A stretch of 64,000 nucleotides of DNA from an uncultured Methanosarcinales archaeon. Lineage in GTDB: Archaea; Nanobdellota; Nanobdellia; Woesearchaeales; SKGA01. A model generated the notes under the pieces. It saw only the letters and a list, made by a program, of their open reading frames with translations. It made no database searches and was not told the origin of the DNA. Positions 39,716 to 50,441 of the stretch are shown one piece after another (position 1 is the first letter of the stretch; the number at the start of each line of letters is the position of its first letter). The stretch covers positions 8,453 through 72,452 of the forward strand of contig CAYRYB010000006.1 in NCBI GenBank assembly GCA_964428395.1. The letters run 5' to 3'. Position numbers and translations under genes: made by a program.

Positions 39716-40456
39716 TTAATCATTATCTACTCGTGGTGCAAGAACAAAAGAAAGCTCTAACTTGTTTTGCACGAGATACTCTAAGCGAAGAGGATAATCA
39801 CGACTAAATTTTATTTGCACAACATCAGCAAGCTTTGCACCTTGCATCATCTTTTTTAGGTACTCGATAGAATATTTTGCTTTAATACCGTCTTCTTGAC
39901 AAACAATTTTTGTGCTTTTATCTGCAGGAATGTCAACGGCTGCCTTCGTTAAATCCCCTTTGCTGCTAATAGAAAACGTATCGCTGGATACTGCAAAGTT
40001 TACACTCTCGCCAACAACATCAACATCATCAATAGCATCAATTAACAAACTAGATTGCGCAACAATAGTTGCTGCAAAGGAAAGGTCTGGAACGCGTTGC
40101 TCTTTATCCTCAATGTCAATAAGTGGCAAATGAAATGTTCTTTTGCTTGTCGATTGCAATGTTATCTTAAGTTTATTTTCTTCAAGCTCCAATGTTAATA
40201 CATCGTTGCTTTTCACGCGACGAAGAACTTGCTTTAGATTATTCAAATTGATGGTGATGTTTGTTGGTCCATCAAGCTCATACGTCACAAACGAAGAAGA
40301 TAATAATTTGAAAATGACTAGCGCAACATTTGCTGGATCCATCGCTACAAGCTCAACAGCTTCTGAAGTAATCTTTAATGTAGCCTCCGTAACAATTTCA
40401 GAAATAATTGCGACACTTTCCTTAAGATATTTTGGCTCTGCCAGTGTTAATTTCAT
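39716..40456 (-). CDS. pcn: DNA polymerase sliding clamp PCNA
   Basis: 246 aa. The N-terminal MKLTL...AIISEIV...ATLKITSEAVEL...MDPANVALV pattern and the C-terminal LAPRV box are typical of archaeal PCNA. Confidence 0.8.
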   Translation of the reverse strand: MKLTLAEPKYLKESVAIISEIVTEATLKITSEAVELVAMDPANVALVIFKLLSSSFVTYELDGPTNITINLNNLKQVLRRVKSNDVLTLELEENKLKITLQSTSKRTFHLPLIDIEDKEQRVPDLSFAATIVAQSSLLIDAIDDVDVVGESVNFAVSSDTFSISSKGDLTKAAVDIPADKSTKIVCQEDGIKAKYSIEYLKKMMQGAKLADVVQIKFSRDYPLRLEYLVQNKLELSFVLAPRVDND

Positions 40457-40570
40457 CCACGTAACCCCCTTAGTAGTACAAAAAAGAAAATAGACCCTGC
40501 GTATATAAATATTGTGCTCTAATGTGCTCTAGAGTTTATAAAACGAGTGTAAACGACTATAAGAGAGCCT

Positions 40571-41884
40571 TTATGAGAACGTTTTGCGCTCACCAACAGA
40601 AAGCACAACTACCTTGCTTCCTGCTTGCATCAAGACAATTTCTTTCATTGCAGCAGTCATGTTTGGCTCTCCGTGAACAGGAAGAACAAAAGATGGTTGC
40701 AAAAGCGCAAGTAATACCTTATGATCTTTAGCAAAAGCGTGACCAGAAACATGAATGTTAGTAAATAATTTTACTTTTTTTAAAATCAGTTTATCCTCCA
40801 AGATTTTTCTATTCTTAATAGATGTTGGAACCGGAATTGTTTGACAAGAAAAAACGACCACGTCATTTTCAGTAAAAGAAAATAAGCCATCAGCCATTCT
40901 ATTTAACACTGCTCGTGGTTCTCCTTGATGGCCAGTCACTATAAAAAAATATTCTTCGGGATGCAAAAGCTTTGCAAAAAATCTTCGTGCTTCTCCTGAA
41001 TATTTTAAAAGTGTGCCTCGCTGTGTTAAGTCAATAACTCCTGCATTTTTTGCTGCATCAATATATTTTGCTAAAGATCGTCCAACAAAAACAACTTTTC
41101 TTTGAAGCGTGTCTGCAACATCACATAACTCTTGCAAGCGATAAAGATGCGATGAAAACGTAGAAGCAATGATTGCTCTGTGAACAGATAAGTCTGGAAT
41201 TAACGTTGCTAGTTTTTCTTGCGCAATACGTTCAGAAGGAGAGTACTCATCTCTTGGCGCATAAAGCGAGTCAAGTAACAATAATTTTACTTTTCCCTTT
41301 AATTCTGCAAGTCGAGTCATATCTGTTGGCGCTTGAAAAAGAGGAGTTTGATCATTTTTAAAATCGTTTGCATAAAGAACAATACCATTTGGCGTGTATA
41401 CTGCAACAACAACACTTTGTGGTGTTGAGTGCGCAACAGGAATAAATTCTATCTTAATATCTGCAATAAAAAAAGTGCTTTTTTGCGCATGTTCAACTAC
41501 AGAAACATTGCTATTTCTCTCTTTTACTAATGAGCGAATAAGATGTGCTGTAAAAGGCGTTGCATGCACCTTACAAGAAAACTGTTTTGCAAGAAAAGGA
41601 ATCGCCCCAACGTGATCAAGATGCGCATGAGAGCAAACAATACCAACAACATCTTTTTTTCTTTTGCGAAGAAGACGAATATCGGGCAATGCGCCAGAAG
41701 ATACTAATTTTCTTAATGAATGCTTTTTAGTTGGAAAGTCTGTTTCTGTCACTTTAATAAAACGTTCTAAGTGAAAACCCATATCAAGAATGATAATTTT
41801 TCCATCAACATCTAGTGCAAAAGAATTTCTACCAACTTCTTGAACACCTCCGAGAGGAATAAGTGTGCATGTCATATTTTTCAC
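40571..41884 (-). CDS. Metallo-beta-lactamase/beta-CASP ribonuclease (RNase J / aCPSF-like)
   Basis: HAHLDHVGAIP (HxHxDH motif). 437 aa, the length typical of archaeal RNase J. Confidence 0.65.
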   Translation of the reverse strand: MKNMTCTLIPLGGVQEVGRNSFALDVDGKIIILDMGFHLERFIKVTETDFPTKKHSLRKLVSSGALPDIRLLRKRKKDVVGIVCSHAHLDHVGAIPFLAKQFSCKVHATPFTAHLIRSLVKERNSNVSVVEHAQKSTFFIADIKIEFIPVAHSTPQSVVVAVYTPNGIVLYANDFKNDQTPLFQAPTDMTRLAELKGKVKLLLLDSLYAPRDEYSPSERIAQEKLATLIPDLSVHRAIIASTFSSHLYRLQELCDVADTLQRKVVFVGRSLAKYIDAAKNAGVIDLTQRGTLLKYSGEARRFFAKLLHPEEYFFIVTGHQGEPRAVLNRMADGLFSFTENDVVVFSCQTIPVPTSIKNRKILEDKLILKKVKLFTNIHVSGHAFAKDHKVLLALLQPSFVLPVHGEPNMTAAMKEIVLMQAGSKVVVLSVGERKTFS

Positions 41885-41939
41885 AATACTGCTAAACAGA
41901 GAAAAACCTCTGCTTTACTGGATTTCTTTATAAGAAACC

Positions 41940-42023
41940 TGCGGGGAAAGGGATTCGAACCCATGTAGGCACTAAGCCAACAGATTTTGAGTCTGCCCCG
42001 TTTGTCCACTCCGGCATCCCCGC
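41940..42023 (-). tRNA. tRNA-Leu (anticodon CAA), class II long variable arm
   Basis: Minus strand GCGGGGA-TG-CCGGAGTGGACAAACGG-GGCAGACTCAAAATCTGTT-GGCTTAGTGCCTAC-ATGGGTTCGAATCCCTT-TCCCCGC-A. Canonical stems throughout. Anticodon loop CT-CAA-AA. Confidence 0.8.
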
Positions 42024-42118
42024 AAAATTAAGCAAATAAGAAGAAAGAATAAGAAATTGTTTATAAAAACTTCTACGAAACCTATGAAATGAAAACGTGA
42101 GAAAGAAAACTATTATAC

Positions 42119-42496
42119 CTATAAATCCAAACTCTGAATTTTCTTTTCAATAAGAGACAATGCCTCTTGCAATTTATCCATCTTATGAGATGATGCCGAT
42201 ATAGGAGCTATTGGTTCATGCACCACCTTTGCAGAAGCAGAAGCGTCCGGCGACTGAGAAGGCGCCCTTTTTGAAAGCAATTCTTGGTGAGGAAGAACTT
42301 TTTCTAATTGATGAAAAAGCTGCTCAATAGATTTCATTTGATCTTTAAGGTGCGCAGTGTAGTTTGCTTTTCTTAAACGAACATCGTTTAGGGTGATATA
42401 TGCAGCAGAAGAAAGAAGTATGTGTTGAGCAGTTTGTAATCGACGTAGTTCTATACTTTTCGCGTCATCAATTCTTACAAAATAATCTTCTGTCAT
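42119..42496 (-). CDS. Hypothetical coiled-coil protein (125 aa)
   Basis: Heptad-rich sequence. The last gene of a three-gene minus-strand run. Confidence 0.3.
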   Translation of the reverse strand: MTEDYFVRIDDAKSIELRRLQTAQHILLSSAAYITLNDVRLRKANYTAHLKDQMKSIEQLFHQLEKVLPHQELLSKRAPSQSPDASASAKVVHEPIAPISASSHKMDKLQEALSLIEKKIQSLDL

Positions 42497-42516
42497 TATT
42501 TATACGACCATCTTTA

Positions 42517-42753
42517 CTATGCTTCTGGTTCAAACAAGGACTTATCCAATTCAAGAAGTTTAGATTCTGCTTCTTGAACATTCTTTTCCCAATTTGAAAG
42601 CGTTTGTTCTTCTTCATTTCGAAGTTTCTTTATTTCTTCAAGAGTATTGCGAACATCACCTAACTCGGTTTTTAGGTTGTCAATAGTTTCCAATACTTGT
42701 TTGTACTCCTCAATTTTGATAAATACTGGTGATTTTTCATTCATTCTTAACAC
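42517..42753 (-). CDS. Hypothetical small coiled-coil protein (78 aa)
   Basis: Charged heptads (LEEIKKLRNEEEQTLSNWEKNVQEAESKLLELDK). Confidence 0.3.
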   Translation of the reverse strand: MLRMNEKSPVFIKIEEYKQVLETIDNLKTELGDVRNTLEEIKKLRNEEEQTLSNWEKNVQEAESKLLELDKSLFEPEA

Positions 42754-43601
42754 CTTTTATGCAACACATCTATCGTCATAACTTGCTTAAACAGCTCGCT
42801 TAACAGCGTTTCTTCTTTTTCTAAGTTATGAACAATGCTCTCTTGCACTTGCAAGAGTCGTTCTTCATTTGATAATTGTACGTGTAATCCTTCACGATTC
42901 TCCTTTAGCATAGTTAACAATTCAACGTAGCGTTCCTTTCGTACGTAAATTCCTTCAAATATTTTACCTGAACCGGGAGCACCAGGATATGCAACCACAT
43001 CAGGAATTTCTTCTTGACGTGAAGAAACACTGTTTTTAATATTTTTTACTTCTTGTCGAACATCAACCACATCAGGTCTTCGTATTGGTTCTGATGGTGG
43101 TGTTGGTGGTGCTTGAGATTGTATTTTTTGAAATTCTTTTTTTTCAGGTTTTTTTTCTGGCAATATATTTGAATTTGACATAACAACATTGTGCTTTGTA
43201 GGAGAAGAAGGAATTTCTTGCTTTAAAGACGAAGAATCCTTAGGCATGAAAGAATGAAATAATTTTTGTACAGGTGAAGGGGGTGCAGAAGATGTTGTTA
43301 TTTGTTCTGACTGGGAAACGGGATCTACTGAAGAGTGTGAGAAAGATGTATTTAAAGAAGATGAAGCAGAAACGGGAGCATTGGAAGTGGATTCTAGTAA
43401 AGAAGCTTCTTCATCCTCTGCTTGCAATTGTGATGCTTCATTGGAAACCGGCCGAGACGAAGGAATAGGATTAGGTGCGGCTTCTTGTGGCAAAGAAACA
43501 CTAGAAGAAGTGGGAGGAATATCTGGCAGAGGAGCAATGATTTGCTCGTTTACAACGGGCTCGACTTCTTTTTTATTGAATAATTGTTTGAGAAATGACA
43601 T
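42747..43601 (-). CDS. Hypothetical Ser/Pro-rich protein with a C-terminal coiled coil (284 aa)
   Basis: The N-terminal 190 aa are low-complexity S/P/T-rich. The C-terminal ~90 aa are helical. Its start overlaps the next ORF. Confidence 0.3.
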   Translation of the reverse strand: MSFLKQLFNKKEVEPVVNEQIIAPLPDIPPTSSSVSLPQEAAPNPIPSSRPVSNEASQLQAEDEEASLLESTSNAPVSASSSLNTSFSHSSVDPVSQSEQITTSSAPPSPVQKLFHSFMPKDSSSLKQEIPSSPTKHNVVMSNSNILPEKKPEKKEFQKIQSQAPPTPPSEPIRRPDVVDVRQEVKNIKNSVSSRQEEIPDVVAYPGAPGSGKIFEGIYVRKERYVELLTMLKENREGLHVQLSNEERLLQVQESIVHNLEKEETLLSELFKQVMTIDVLHKRC

Positions 43602-43748
43602 GTTAACGTCCTCTTTTTAAATAGAAAAAAGCCCAACAGAGTATTAAAAGTTTTTTCACCCCTTAAAAGAAACAAATGAAAGTATCTTCGGAAATTTTTC
43701 GGAAAAAAGACCTTAAGAGATTTTAAGAGAGAATAAAAAAGAACTTGT

Positions 43749-45341
43749 ATGAAAAATATGTTGTCAAAAAAGAGTGCATTTTTTGTTATAAGCGTACTTC
43801 TTTTTCTTATTCTCATGCATTCTAGTAAAGCAGTACTTTTTTACGAAGAAAACGAAACAATTAATATTTCTTTACTTAATCAACGGGTTTGTGGCACTTT
43901 AGAAAACATTTATCATATCCAAAGACTTAATTACACAACGGGTAACGCGTCATTAACTATAACCTATCAACACATAATCAAATTACAAAATAAGACTCTT
44001 TCTAATAAAACAATAACAAAAACCATACATAAATACAGTTCTACGAAAACAGGATTCCTTAACATTACAACAAATAAAACGTACGAAAGCATCATTGTTT
44101 TTAACAATCAAACAACAAGCTGGACTCTTTTTGGAAACTGCACCTATGACGATACTATGAGCATAAATTCTACTAGTACATCAAGAGAAAATAATAGCTC
44201 ACACGATAGTATTATTATTTCAAACAATACTTCTTTAAACAATACATTAGCGAATAGCTCAAGCGATACGAATTATACTAGCTTGCCCAACGTTACCATT
44301 TCAAACACTTCTTTACAAAACTTCTCAAAAAACAACACACAAAATAATTCTTTAGCAAACAATATAACTATTGAAAACAAGAGTGCATCTAAAAGAAATG
44401 AAGAAAAAAAGTGTGCTACTATTTTTAAAATATATATAAATAAAGAAGTGTTTTCGCCTCAAGAACAAATAAGAATTCAATTTTACATAAGTCCTATAAA
44501 CAATAACTTTAGCATCAATTATTGGATTGAAGATTTGCAAGGAACTATTGTTAAAAAAAAGCATGTCACTACCAATTTGCTTAAAAAAACATACACCTTT
44601 AAAACAATCACTCAAAAAGAAAAAGCATATTTTATTAAGGCAACATATAATGATTCTTGCGGTAAAAAGCAACAACAAAAACTCGTGGTCGTAAAGAATT
44701 CTCAAAATACAAGCCAGAAAAGTCTTGAAGAAAAATTATTTGTGGATAAAATTGAAATAAAAAATGATTTGGCACTTGTCACCCTTTTTGCAGAAAAAGG
44801 AAGCACCACTAAAAGTGTTGTTACTTGCAACTACCTTGATGAAAAAAGAAAGAAGTTAAAGAATGAACTAAAATTTAAATTGCTTTCTTCACAGCAAGAA
44901 ATAAGAATTATACTTCCATTAGAACGCCATGATAAAAATGAAACAGTTCTTATTTGCGATGGATTGGGAAAGCATATTCAAAAAGAGATTGTTTTTCCAT
45001 ACAAAAAAACAGCTCAAAAAAAAGTAACTAAAAAAACAGCAATGAACAAAAGTAAAACAGAAAAAACAGAAATAAAAACAGAGCAAGAAAAAATAATCGA
45101 TGAAAAAAATAAATTAAATACAAAAAAAGAAGTTAACAGCAGTTATCTTTTAGAAAGAGCAAAAAACATTCAAGAGCCACAACAAAGAATAACTGGAATG
45201 AGTATTTTAAGCAATATGCAAAAGAAACAAACAGTGGTTAAAAACGGCGTTGCCCTATTTATTGGACTTTTTAGCATCGCTTTTATACTAAAGCAAGCTT
45301 ATGAGCACAGCATAAAACGAAAAAAGAAAGCAGACCAATAG
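43749..45341 (+). CDS. Secreted/membrane glycoprotein (530 aa) with an extreme density of N-x-S/T sequons
   Basis: Signal peptide MLSKKSAFFVISVLLFLILMHSSKA. More than 40 N-x-S/T motifs. A C-terminal TM helix (GVALFIGLFSIAFIL) and a basic tail. Confidence 0.45.
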   Translation: MKNMLSKKSAFFVISVLLFLILMHSSKAVLFYEENETINISLLNQRVCGTLENIYHIQRLNYTTGNASLTITYQHIIKLQNKTLSNKTITKTIHKYSSTKTGFLNITTNKTYESIIVFNNQTTSWTLFGNCTYDDTMSINSTSTSRENNSSHDSIIISNNTSLNNTLANSSSDTNYTSLPNVTISNTSLQNFSKNNTQNNSLANNITIENKSASKRNEEKKCATIFKIYINKEVFSPQEQIRIQFYISPINNNFSINYWIEDLQGTIVKKKHVTTNLLKKTYTFKTITQKEKAYFIKATYNDSCGKKQQQKLVVVKNSQNTSQKSLEEKLFVDKIEIKNDLALVTLFAEKGSTTKSVVTCNYLDEKRKKLKNELKFKLLSSQQEIRIILPLERHDKNETVLICDGLGKHIQKEIVFPYKKTAQKKVTKKTAMNKSKTEKTEIKTEQEKIIDEKNKLNTKKEVNSSYLLERAKNIQEPQQRITGMSILSNMQKKQTVVKNGVALFIGLFSIAFILKQAYEHSIKRKKKADQ

Positions 45342-45365
45342 GTTTATAAAAACCAAGTTATTAGA

Positions 45366-45968
45366 GTGGCCAATATGAAAGATAAGGAAATTAAGGAATA
45401 TTTGGACAAAAAATACTTACACACACGCATCATGTTTGAAGTTGTTGGCAGACCAAAAGAACACATTCAGACAACAATAAAGCAATATATTGAACGTATA
45501 AAACAGGATAAGGAACTTGTTTTTATTGCAGAAGAATTCGATGACGCAGAAGAGGTCGAAGAAGGAGTTTTTGGAGCTGTTGCAGAAGTTGAAATTTTAA
45601 TAAAAGATACTACAAAACTCACTTGGCTCTGTATTAACTTTTCTCCTGCATCAGTAGAAATCTTGGATCCACCACAATTGCTCATTCAACAAAAAGAAAT
45701 TACTGACTGGTATAACGATTTACTAGCACGACTTCATGAGATAGGTATTGCTCAAAAAACACTTAGCAGTCAACAAGAGGGACTTATTAGAAATTTTAAT
45801 GCGATGACAAGAAATGCTATACTTCTTGTCCTTAAAGAACCTGCGGAAATGGATCAAATATCCAAACGAATAGGTATGACAAACGAACATACAGAAAAGT
45901 TTCTTGAGGCACTCATAAAAGAGAAAAAAATTAAAAAGGACAAAAATAAATATCACCTTATAGTATGA
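45366..45968 (+). CDS. Hypothetical protein upstream of scpB, possibly a divergent ScpA-like kleisin partner
   Basis: 200 aa. The C-terminal region resembles a winged helix. Sits immediately 5' of scpB with an 8-bp gap. No direct motif match. Confidence 0.3.
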   Translation: MANMKDKEIKEYLDKKYLHTRIMFEVVGRPKEHIQTTIKQYIERIKQDKELVFIAEEFDDAEEVEEGVFGAVAEVEILIKDTTKLTWLCINFSPASVEILDPPQLLIQQKEITDWYNDLLARLHEIGIAQKTLSSQQEGLIRNFNAMTRNAILLVLKEPAEMDQISKRIGMTNEHTEKFLEALIKEKKIKKDKNKYHLIV

Positions 45969-45975
45969 GATTACG

Positions 45976-46797
45976 ATGAATGAATTATGCAATCGTGTTG
46001 AAGCAATCCTTTTTGCATCAGGCAAGGGTGTCACAGAAGAAGAACTCATTAATTATTGTCAAGTAAAACCACAGGCAATAAAAAAAGCATTAGCAACACT
46101 ACAACAAAACATGGAAGACCGAGAGGGAAGCCTCATTATTTCTTTACACAACAATCGTTGGAAAATGACTGTTAAAGGAAAATATCTTAAAGATGTTGAG
46201 AGTATTGTAAGTGAAACTGAATTGCCCTCAACCATTCTTAAAACATTAGCAATGATTGCTTATAAAAGTCCCGTTCTTCAGTCAGACATTATTCGTATGC
46301 GAGGACAAAGTGCATACGAACACATTAAAGAACTCGTTAAACAAAAATTTGTTACAAAAGAAGAAAGAGGAAGAAGTTTTCTTTTAAAAATCACCGATAA
46401 ATTTTACACCTATTTTGATGTTAAAGGCGATGAAGAAATACAAGAAGTTTTTTCAAAACTTCGTGAAAAGCAAAAAACGTTGGGAAACTTATTGATAGTT
46501 GATACAACAACGCAAGAAAAGTCTTCTACTACATCAAAAGAAGATAAAGAACAATTAGGTGAACTAGATATTGTGAATGTTGCCCCTAAAACAAAAGAAA
46601 GAACAAAAGAGGATGAAGAAAAAGAAAAAGAATTCTTAAATCATATTGATACTAAAATAAACGCTCTTAGTAAGCGAGTTATTGCTCAAGAACTTCCGAA
46701 AAGAGAACAAACAAAGCCAGAAGAAGAAGACCCCTTAAAAGTTATAGAAAAACTTGCTAAAGAACATAAAGAAAAAGAAAAAGATGACTATTTATGA
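45976..46797 (+). CDS. scpB: Segregation and condensation protein B (ScpB) with a Lys/Glu-rich C-terminal extension
   Basis: VEAILFASGKGVTEEEL...SETELPSTILKTLAMIAYKSPVLQSDIIRMRGQSAYEHIKELV is the tandem winged-helix ScpB pattern. Confidence 0.65.
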   Translation: MNELCNRVEAILFASGKGVTEEELINYCQVKPQAIKKALATLQQNMEDREGSLIISLHNNRWKMTVKGKYLKDVESIVSETELPSTILKTLAMIAYKSPVLQSDIIRMRGQSAYEHIKELVKQKFVTKEERGRSFLLKITDKFYTYFDVKGDEEIQEVFSKLREKQKTLGNLLIVDTTTQEKSSTTSKEDKEQLGELDIVNVAPKTKERTKEDEEKEKEFLNHIDTKINALSKRVIAQELPKREQTKPEEEDPLKVIEKLAKEHKEKEKDDYL

Positions 46798-46943
46798 TTA
46801 TTCTTGTGCGCTGTCCACATTGCAAACAACGTATGCGATACCAACCGCAAAATAACCTTATTTCTAAAAGGAAAACATGTGTATATTGTGGACGTAGTTT
46901 TGCAATAAATGAGGACACGGTAATAAAAATTGAGAAACCTTGA
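46794..46943 (+). CDS. Small zinc-ribbon protein (49 aa), start overlapping the scpB stop (ATGA)
   Basis: MIILVRCPHCKQRMRYQ...KTCVYCGRSF has a CxxC-N18-CxxC arrangement. Not in the ORF track because it is under 60 aa. Confidence 0.35.
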   Translation: MIILVRCPHCKQRMRYQPQNNLISKRKTCVYCGRSFAINEDTVIKIEKP

Positions 46944-47014
46944 AAGCAGTCAAGAAAAGCTTCTGAAAGGGTCTATCCGCAACACTTATAAAGACCTTCT
47001 TATTCTGTTTTCAT

Positions 47015-49480
47015 GTGAAAAAAGACCAGCAAACAGCAGATAAAAACAACCTATTCGGTGATGAAAAGCAAGAACACATTCGTCCTGTAATCATTGAAAA
47101 TGAAATGAAAACAGCATACTTAGATTATGCAATGTCTGTTATTGTCGGTCGAGCATTACCTGATGTCCGAGACGGCTTAAAACCAGTTCATCGACGTATA
47201 CTTTTTGCTATGAATGAAATGGGTATTACGTTTTCTAAGTCAACGAAAAAATCAGCAAGAATAGTTGGAGAAGTATTGGGTAAATATCATCCTCACGGCG
47301 ATAGCGCAGTTTATGAAAGTTTAGTTCGTATGGCACAAGATTTTTCTCTACGATATCCTCTCATTAAAGGACAAGGAAACTTTGGAAGTGTCGATGGTGA
47401 TAGTGCAGCAGCAATGAGATACACTGAAGCAAAACTTGCCAAAATTAGCACTAGCATGCTTGCAGATATTGAAAAAGAAACTGTTGATTTTCGACCAAAC
47501 TTTGATGATAGTTTAAAAGAACCTGTTGTTTTACCAGCAGGATTACCAAATCTTTTAGTTAATGGATCAAACGGTATTGCCGTAGGAATGGCAACAAACA
47601 TGCCTCCACACAATCTTAATGAAATTAGCGATGCAATAATTGCACTTATTGATGATGAAAGCATTGGTATAACAGAACTTTGCACATACGTACAAGGTCC
47701 TGACTTTCCAACCGGAGCAAATATCATTGGAATTGCAGGAGCACAACGAGCATATCATACGGGACGAGGAAAGGTTCTTGTCCGAGCAAGTCTACATATC
47801 GAAGAAGTTCGTGGACGACAAGCAGTTATCATTACAGAAATACCTTATCAAGTTAATAAAACTGCATTAATTGAACAAATTGCAGAAGCTGTTCGTGATG
47901 GACGTATAGAATACGTTAGTGACATTAGAGATGAATCAGACAGAACGGGCATGCGTATCGTTATTGAACTTAAAAAAAATGCAAACCTTGACGTCGTGCA
48001 AAATCAACTTCTTAAACATTCCAGACTACAGACAACGTTGAGCATGATTTCCTTAGCAATTGTTGATGAGCAGCCAAGAGTACTTAATCTTAAAGAACTC
48101 ATGCAACAATTCATTGCTCATCGAAAAGAAGTTATTACAAGAAGAACAACATTCGATCTTCGCAAAGCAGAAAAAAAAGTACACCTCTTAGAAGGTCTAA
48201 CAAAAGCGCTTGATAACATTGATGCAATTATTTCACTTATTAAAAAAGCAAAGGCTGCTCAAGACGCAAAAGAGCAATTGATACGCAATTATTCTTTTAG
48301 TGATGAACAAGCACAAGCAATCTTAGATATGAAATTACAACGACTCACCAATCTTGAACAAGGAAAGATTAGAGAAGACTATAAAGCAACAATAGAACTC
48401 ATTAAAGAATTTAAAAATATTTTAGCAAGTGAAGAAAAAATAAAGAATATTGTTAAAGAAGAGCTTCAAATAATTAAAGGACAGTATGGTGATGCCCGAA
48501 GAACAAAAATAGAACTTGTTGAAGACGAAGAGATAGATGATGAGGACCTTATTCCAAAAGAGGATCAAATAATCACCATCACCAATTCTGGTTATGCAAA
48601 ACGCTCACCAATAGACACCTATAAAGTTCAAAATAGAGGGGGAAAAGGAGTAATAGGAGCCAGTATGAAAGAAGAAGATGTTATTGAGCACCTCTTTATT
48701 GCAAACACACATTCACACTTACTTATTTTTACCGATAAAGGAAAGGTATATTGGCTTAAAGTATATCGCATACCTGAAAGTTCACGACAAGCGAAAGGAA
48801 AAGCCATTGTTAACTTGGTACAACTATCATCAGAAGAAAAAATAGCCGCGGTTATACCTGTAAAAGAATTTTTAGCAACTAATTACTTACTGCTTGTCAC
48901 AAAAAAAGGCGTCATAAAAAAAACAAGCCTTGAAGCATATTCTCATCCTCGACAAACAGGAATTATTGGAATTACACTTGATGAAGGTGATCGAGTCATA
49001 CGCGTTCTTAAAACAAATGGTTCACAAAATATTCTTTTAGCAAGCAGACAAGGTCAAGCAATACGATTCAACGAACAAGATGCGCGACCAATCGGGCGTA
49101 CAAGTAGAGGAGTACGAGGAATGCTATTGAAAAAAGATGATAGTATCATAGGTGCAGTCATTGCTAAAGACGAAAATACCCTATTAACCGTTACCGAAAA
49201 TGGATATGGAAAAAGAACACCTGTTACTGATTACAGACTCATCAATCGAGGGGGAAAAGGAGTACGCAATATTATTTGTAATGCGCGTAATGGAAATGTA
49301 GCCAGCATTCGTACAGTGGCTGGCGATGAAGAAATGCTACTTATTTCGCGAAAAGGAATTATTATCAGAACATCAGTAAATCAAATTAGCATTATCGGTC
49401 GAAATACACAAGGTCTGCGCGTTATGAGACTCACAGAAGGCGATCAAGTAAAGGCAACAGCACTTGTACAGCTTGAATAA
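47015..49480 (+). CDS. gyrA: DNA gyrase subunit A
   Basis: [26 protein letters not shown], the AAMRYTEA active-site Tyr region, and a C-terminal beta-pinwheel repeat region. 821 aa. Confidence 0.9.
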   Translation: MKKDQQTADKNNLFGDEKQEHIRPVIIENEMKTAYLDYAMSVIVGRALPDVRDGLKPVHRRILFAMNEMGITFSKSTKKSARIVGEVLGKYHPHGDSAVYESLVRMAQDFSLRYPLIKGQGNFGSVDGDSAAAMRYTEAKLAKISTSMLADIEKETVDFRPNFDDSLKEPVVLPAGLPNLLVNGSNGIAVGMATNMPPHNLNEISDAIIALIDDESIGITELCTYVQGPDFPTGANIIGIAGAQRAYHTGRGKVLVRASLHIEEVRGRQAVIITEIPYQVNKTALIEQIAEAVRDGRIEYVSDIRDESDRTGMRIVIELKKNANLDVVQNQLLKHSRLQTTLSMISLAIVDEQPRVLNLKELMQQFIAHRKEVITRRTTFDLRKAEKKVHLLEGLTKALDNIDAIISLIKKAKAAQDAKEQLIRNYSFSDEQAQAILDMKLQRLTNLEQGKIREDYKATIELIKEFKNILASEEKIKNIVKEELQIIKGQYGDARRTKIELVEDEEIDDEDLIPKEDQIITITNSGYAKRSPIDTYKVQNRGGKGVIGASMKEEDVIEHLFIANTHSHLLIFTDKGKVYWLKVYRIPESSRQAKGKAIVNLVQLSSEEKIAAVIPVKEFLATNYLLLVTKKGVIKKTSLEAYSHPRQTGIIGITLDEGDRVIRVLKTNGSQNILLASRQGQAIRFNEQDARPIGRTSRGVRGMLLKKDDSIIGAVIAKDENTLLTVTENGYGKRTPVTDYRLINRGGKGVRNIICNARNGNVASIRTVAGDEEMLLISRKGIIIRTSVNQISIIGRNTQGLRVMRLTEGDQVKATALVQLE

Positions 49481-49544
49481 AACTTACAAAGAAAAAAGTC
49501 CTTTTAAAAGAAAGTTTTTTAAATTCTAAGAAAAAATATATACT

Positions 49545-50057
49545 ATGCGATTACAAGAGAAGAAACTTCGGGAAAAAGGATGGACTGAAGAAGAAATAGA
49601 ACAAACCAGAGAAATTCTTGTACAAGCCGAAGAAAAAAGGCATCCCCAAAAAATTGCTCTTGAAAAAACACTTTATTGGTTCATGTTGCTTATAACCGTC
49701 ATAGGAACCATTGCTGGTGCTTGGGCTATTGAACCCATACTTCTTGTTGCAACAACAATTCAAGCAGTCATTGCAATGGTTGTTTTTGGATTATTATTTG
49801 GAAGTTTAGCAACAATTCTGTTTAGAGATATAGATGAGTTAACAATACAACATCATATCATCACATCAATTATTATTCCTTTGACAGCAATTATTACAGG
49901 TAGCATCATCACTCGTCAAGCAGCAAGACTAGCAACAGCATTGACATTAAAGACAGCGCACAATCCTCTGCTCTTGGGTATTGTATATAGTGTTGGTGCG
50001 CTATTGCCTTATTTGATTTTTATTAGCATACAGAGGAAAGAACATGCAACTTCGTGA
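49545..50057 (+). CDS. Hypothetical membrane protein (4 TM)
   Basis: 170 aa with four hydrophobic helices. Confidence 0.35.
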   Translation: MRLQEKKLREKGWTEEEIEQTREILVQAEEKRHPQKIALEKTLYWFMLLITVIGTIAGAWAIEPILLVATTIQAVIAMVVFGLLFGSLATILFRDIDELTIQHHIITSIIIPLTAIITGSIITRQAARLATALTLKTAHNPLLLGIVYSVGALLPYLIFISIQRKEHATS

Positions 50058-50439
50058 GTGGATTTCTCATTATATTGTTTTTAAAGACGCCATAAAAAAG
50101 CAAATTGTAGATATTCAAGAAAAACAAGACGTTATTTTGGTAAGAGAAAAAGGAGGAGAAAAAACATATTACATCAATACGGACCTCACGCAGCTTCTTA
50201 AGAAAAAAAATAAGGGAAAGACATATTATGTGTGCCTTAACAATAAACATAATGTTGGCGTACTCCTGCGTTATTGGGAAACACTTATAGATAATAAGCA
50301 ACTTACAATTTTATTCGTGCATCCTTCTCTAAATGAAGTGTGGATGATTAGCCCTACAACGCATGAACTCATCAGCGAAAAAGAAAGTCTAAAAGAAGGA
50401 ATACTGACTTTACATAAGAGTATTACAGTTATGGATTAA
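50044..50439 (+). CDS. Hypothetical protein (131 aa)
   Basis: ORF overlapping the previous stop by 14 nt. No motif recognised. Confidence 0.3.
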   Translation: MQLREWISHYIVFKDAIKKQIVDIQEKQDVILVREKGGEKTYYINTDLTQLLKKKNKGKTYYVCLNNKHNVGVLLRYWETLIDNKQLTILFVHPSLNEVWMISPTTHELISEKESLKEGILTLHKSITVMD

Positions 50440-50441
50440 AA

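Noticed and set aside
46794-46943. Possibility that the zinc-ribbon mini-ORF is NrdR
   Set aside because: It is only 49 aa, has no ATP-cone, and its zinc-ribbon spacing differs from NrdR. No NrdR candidate was found in the window.
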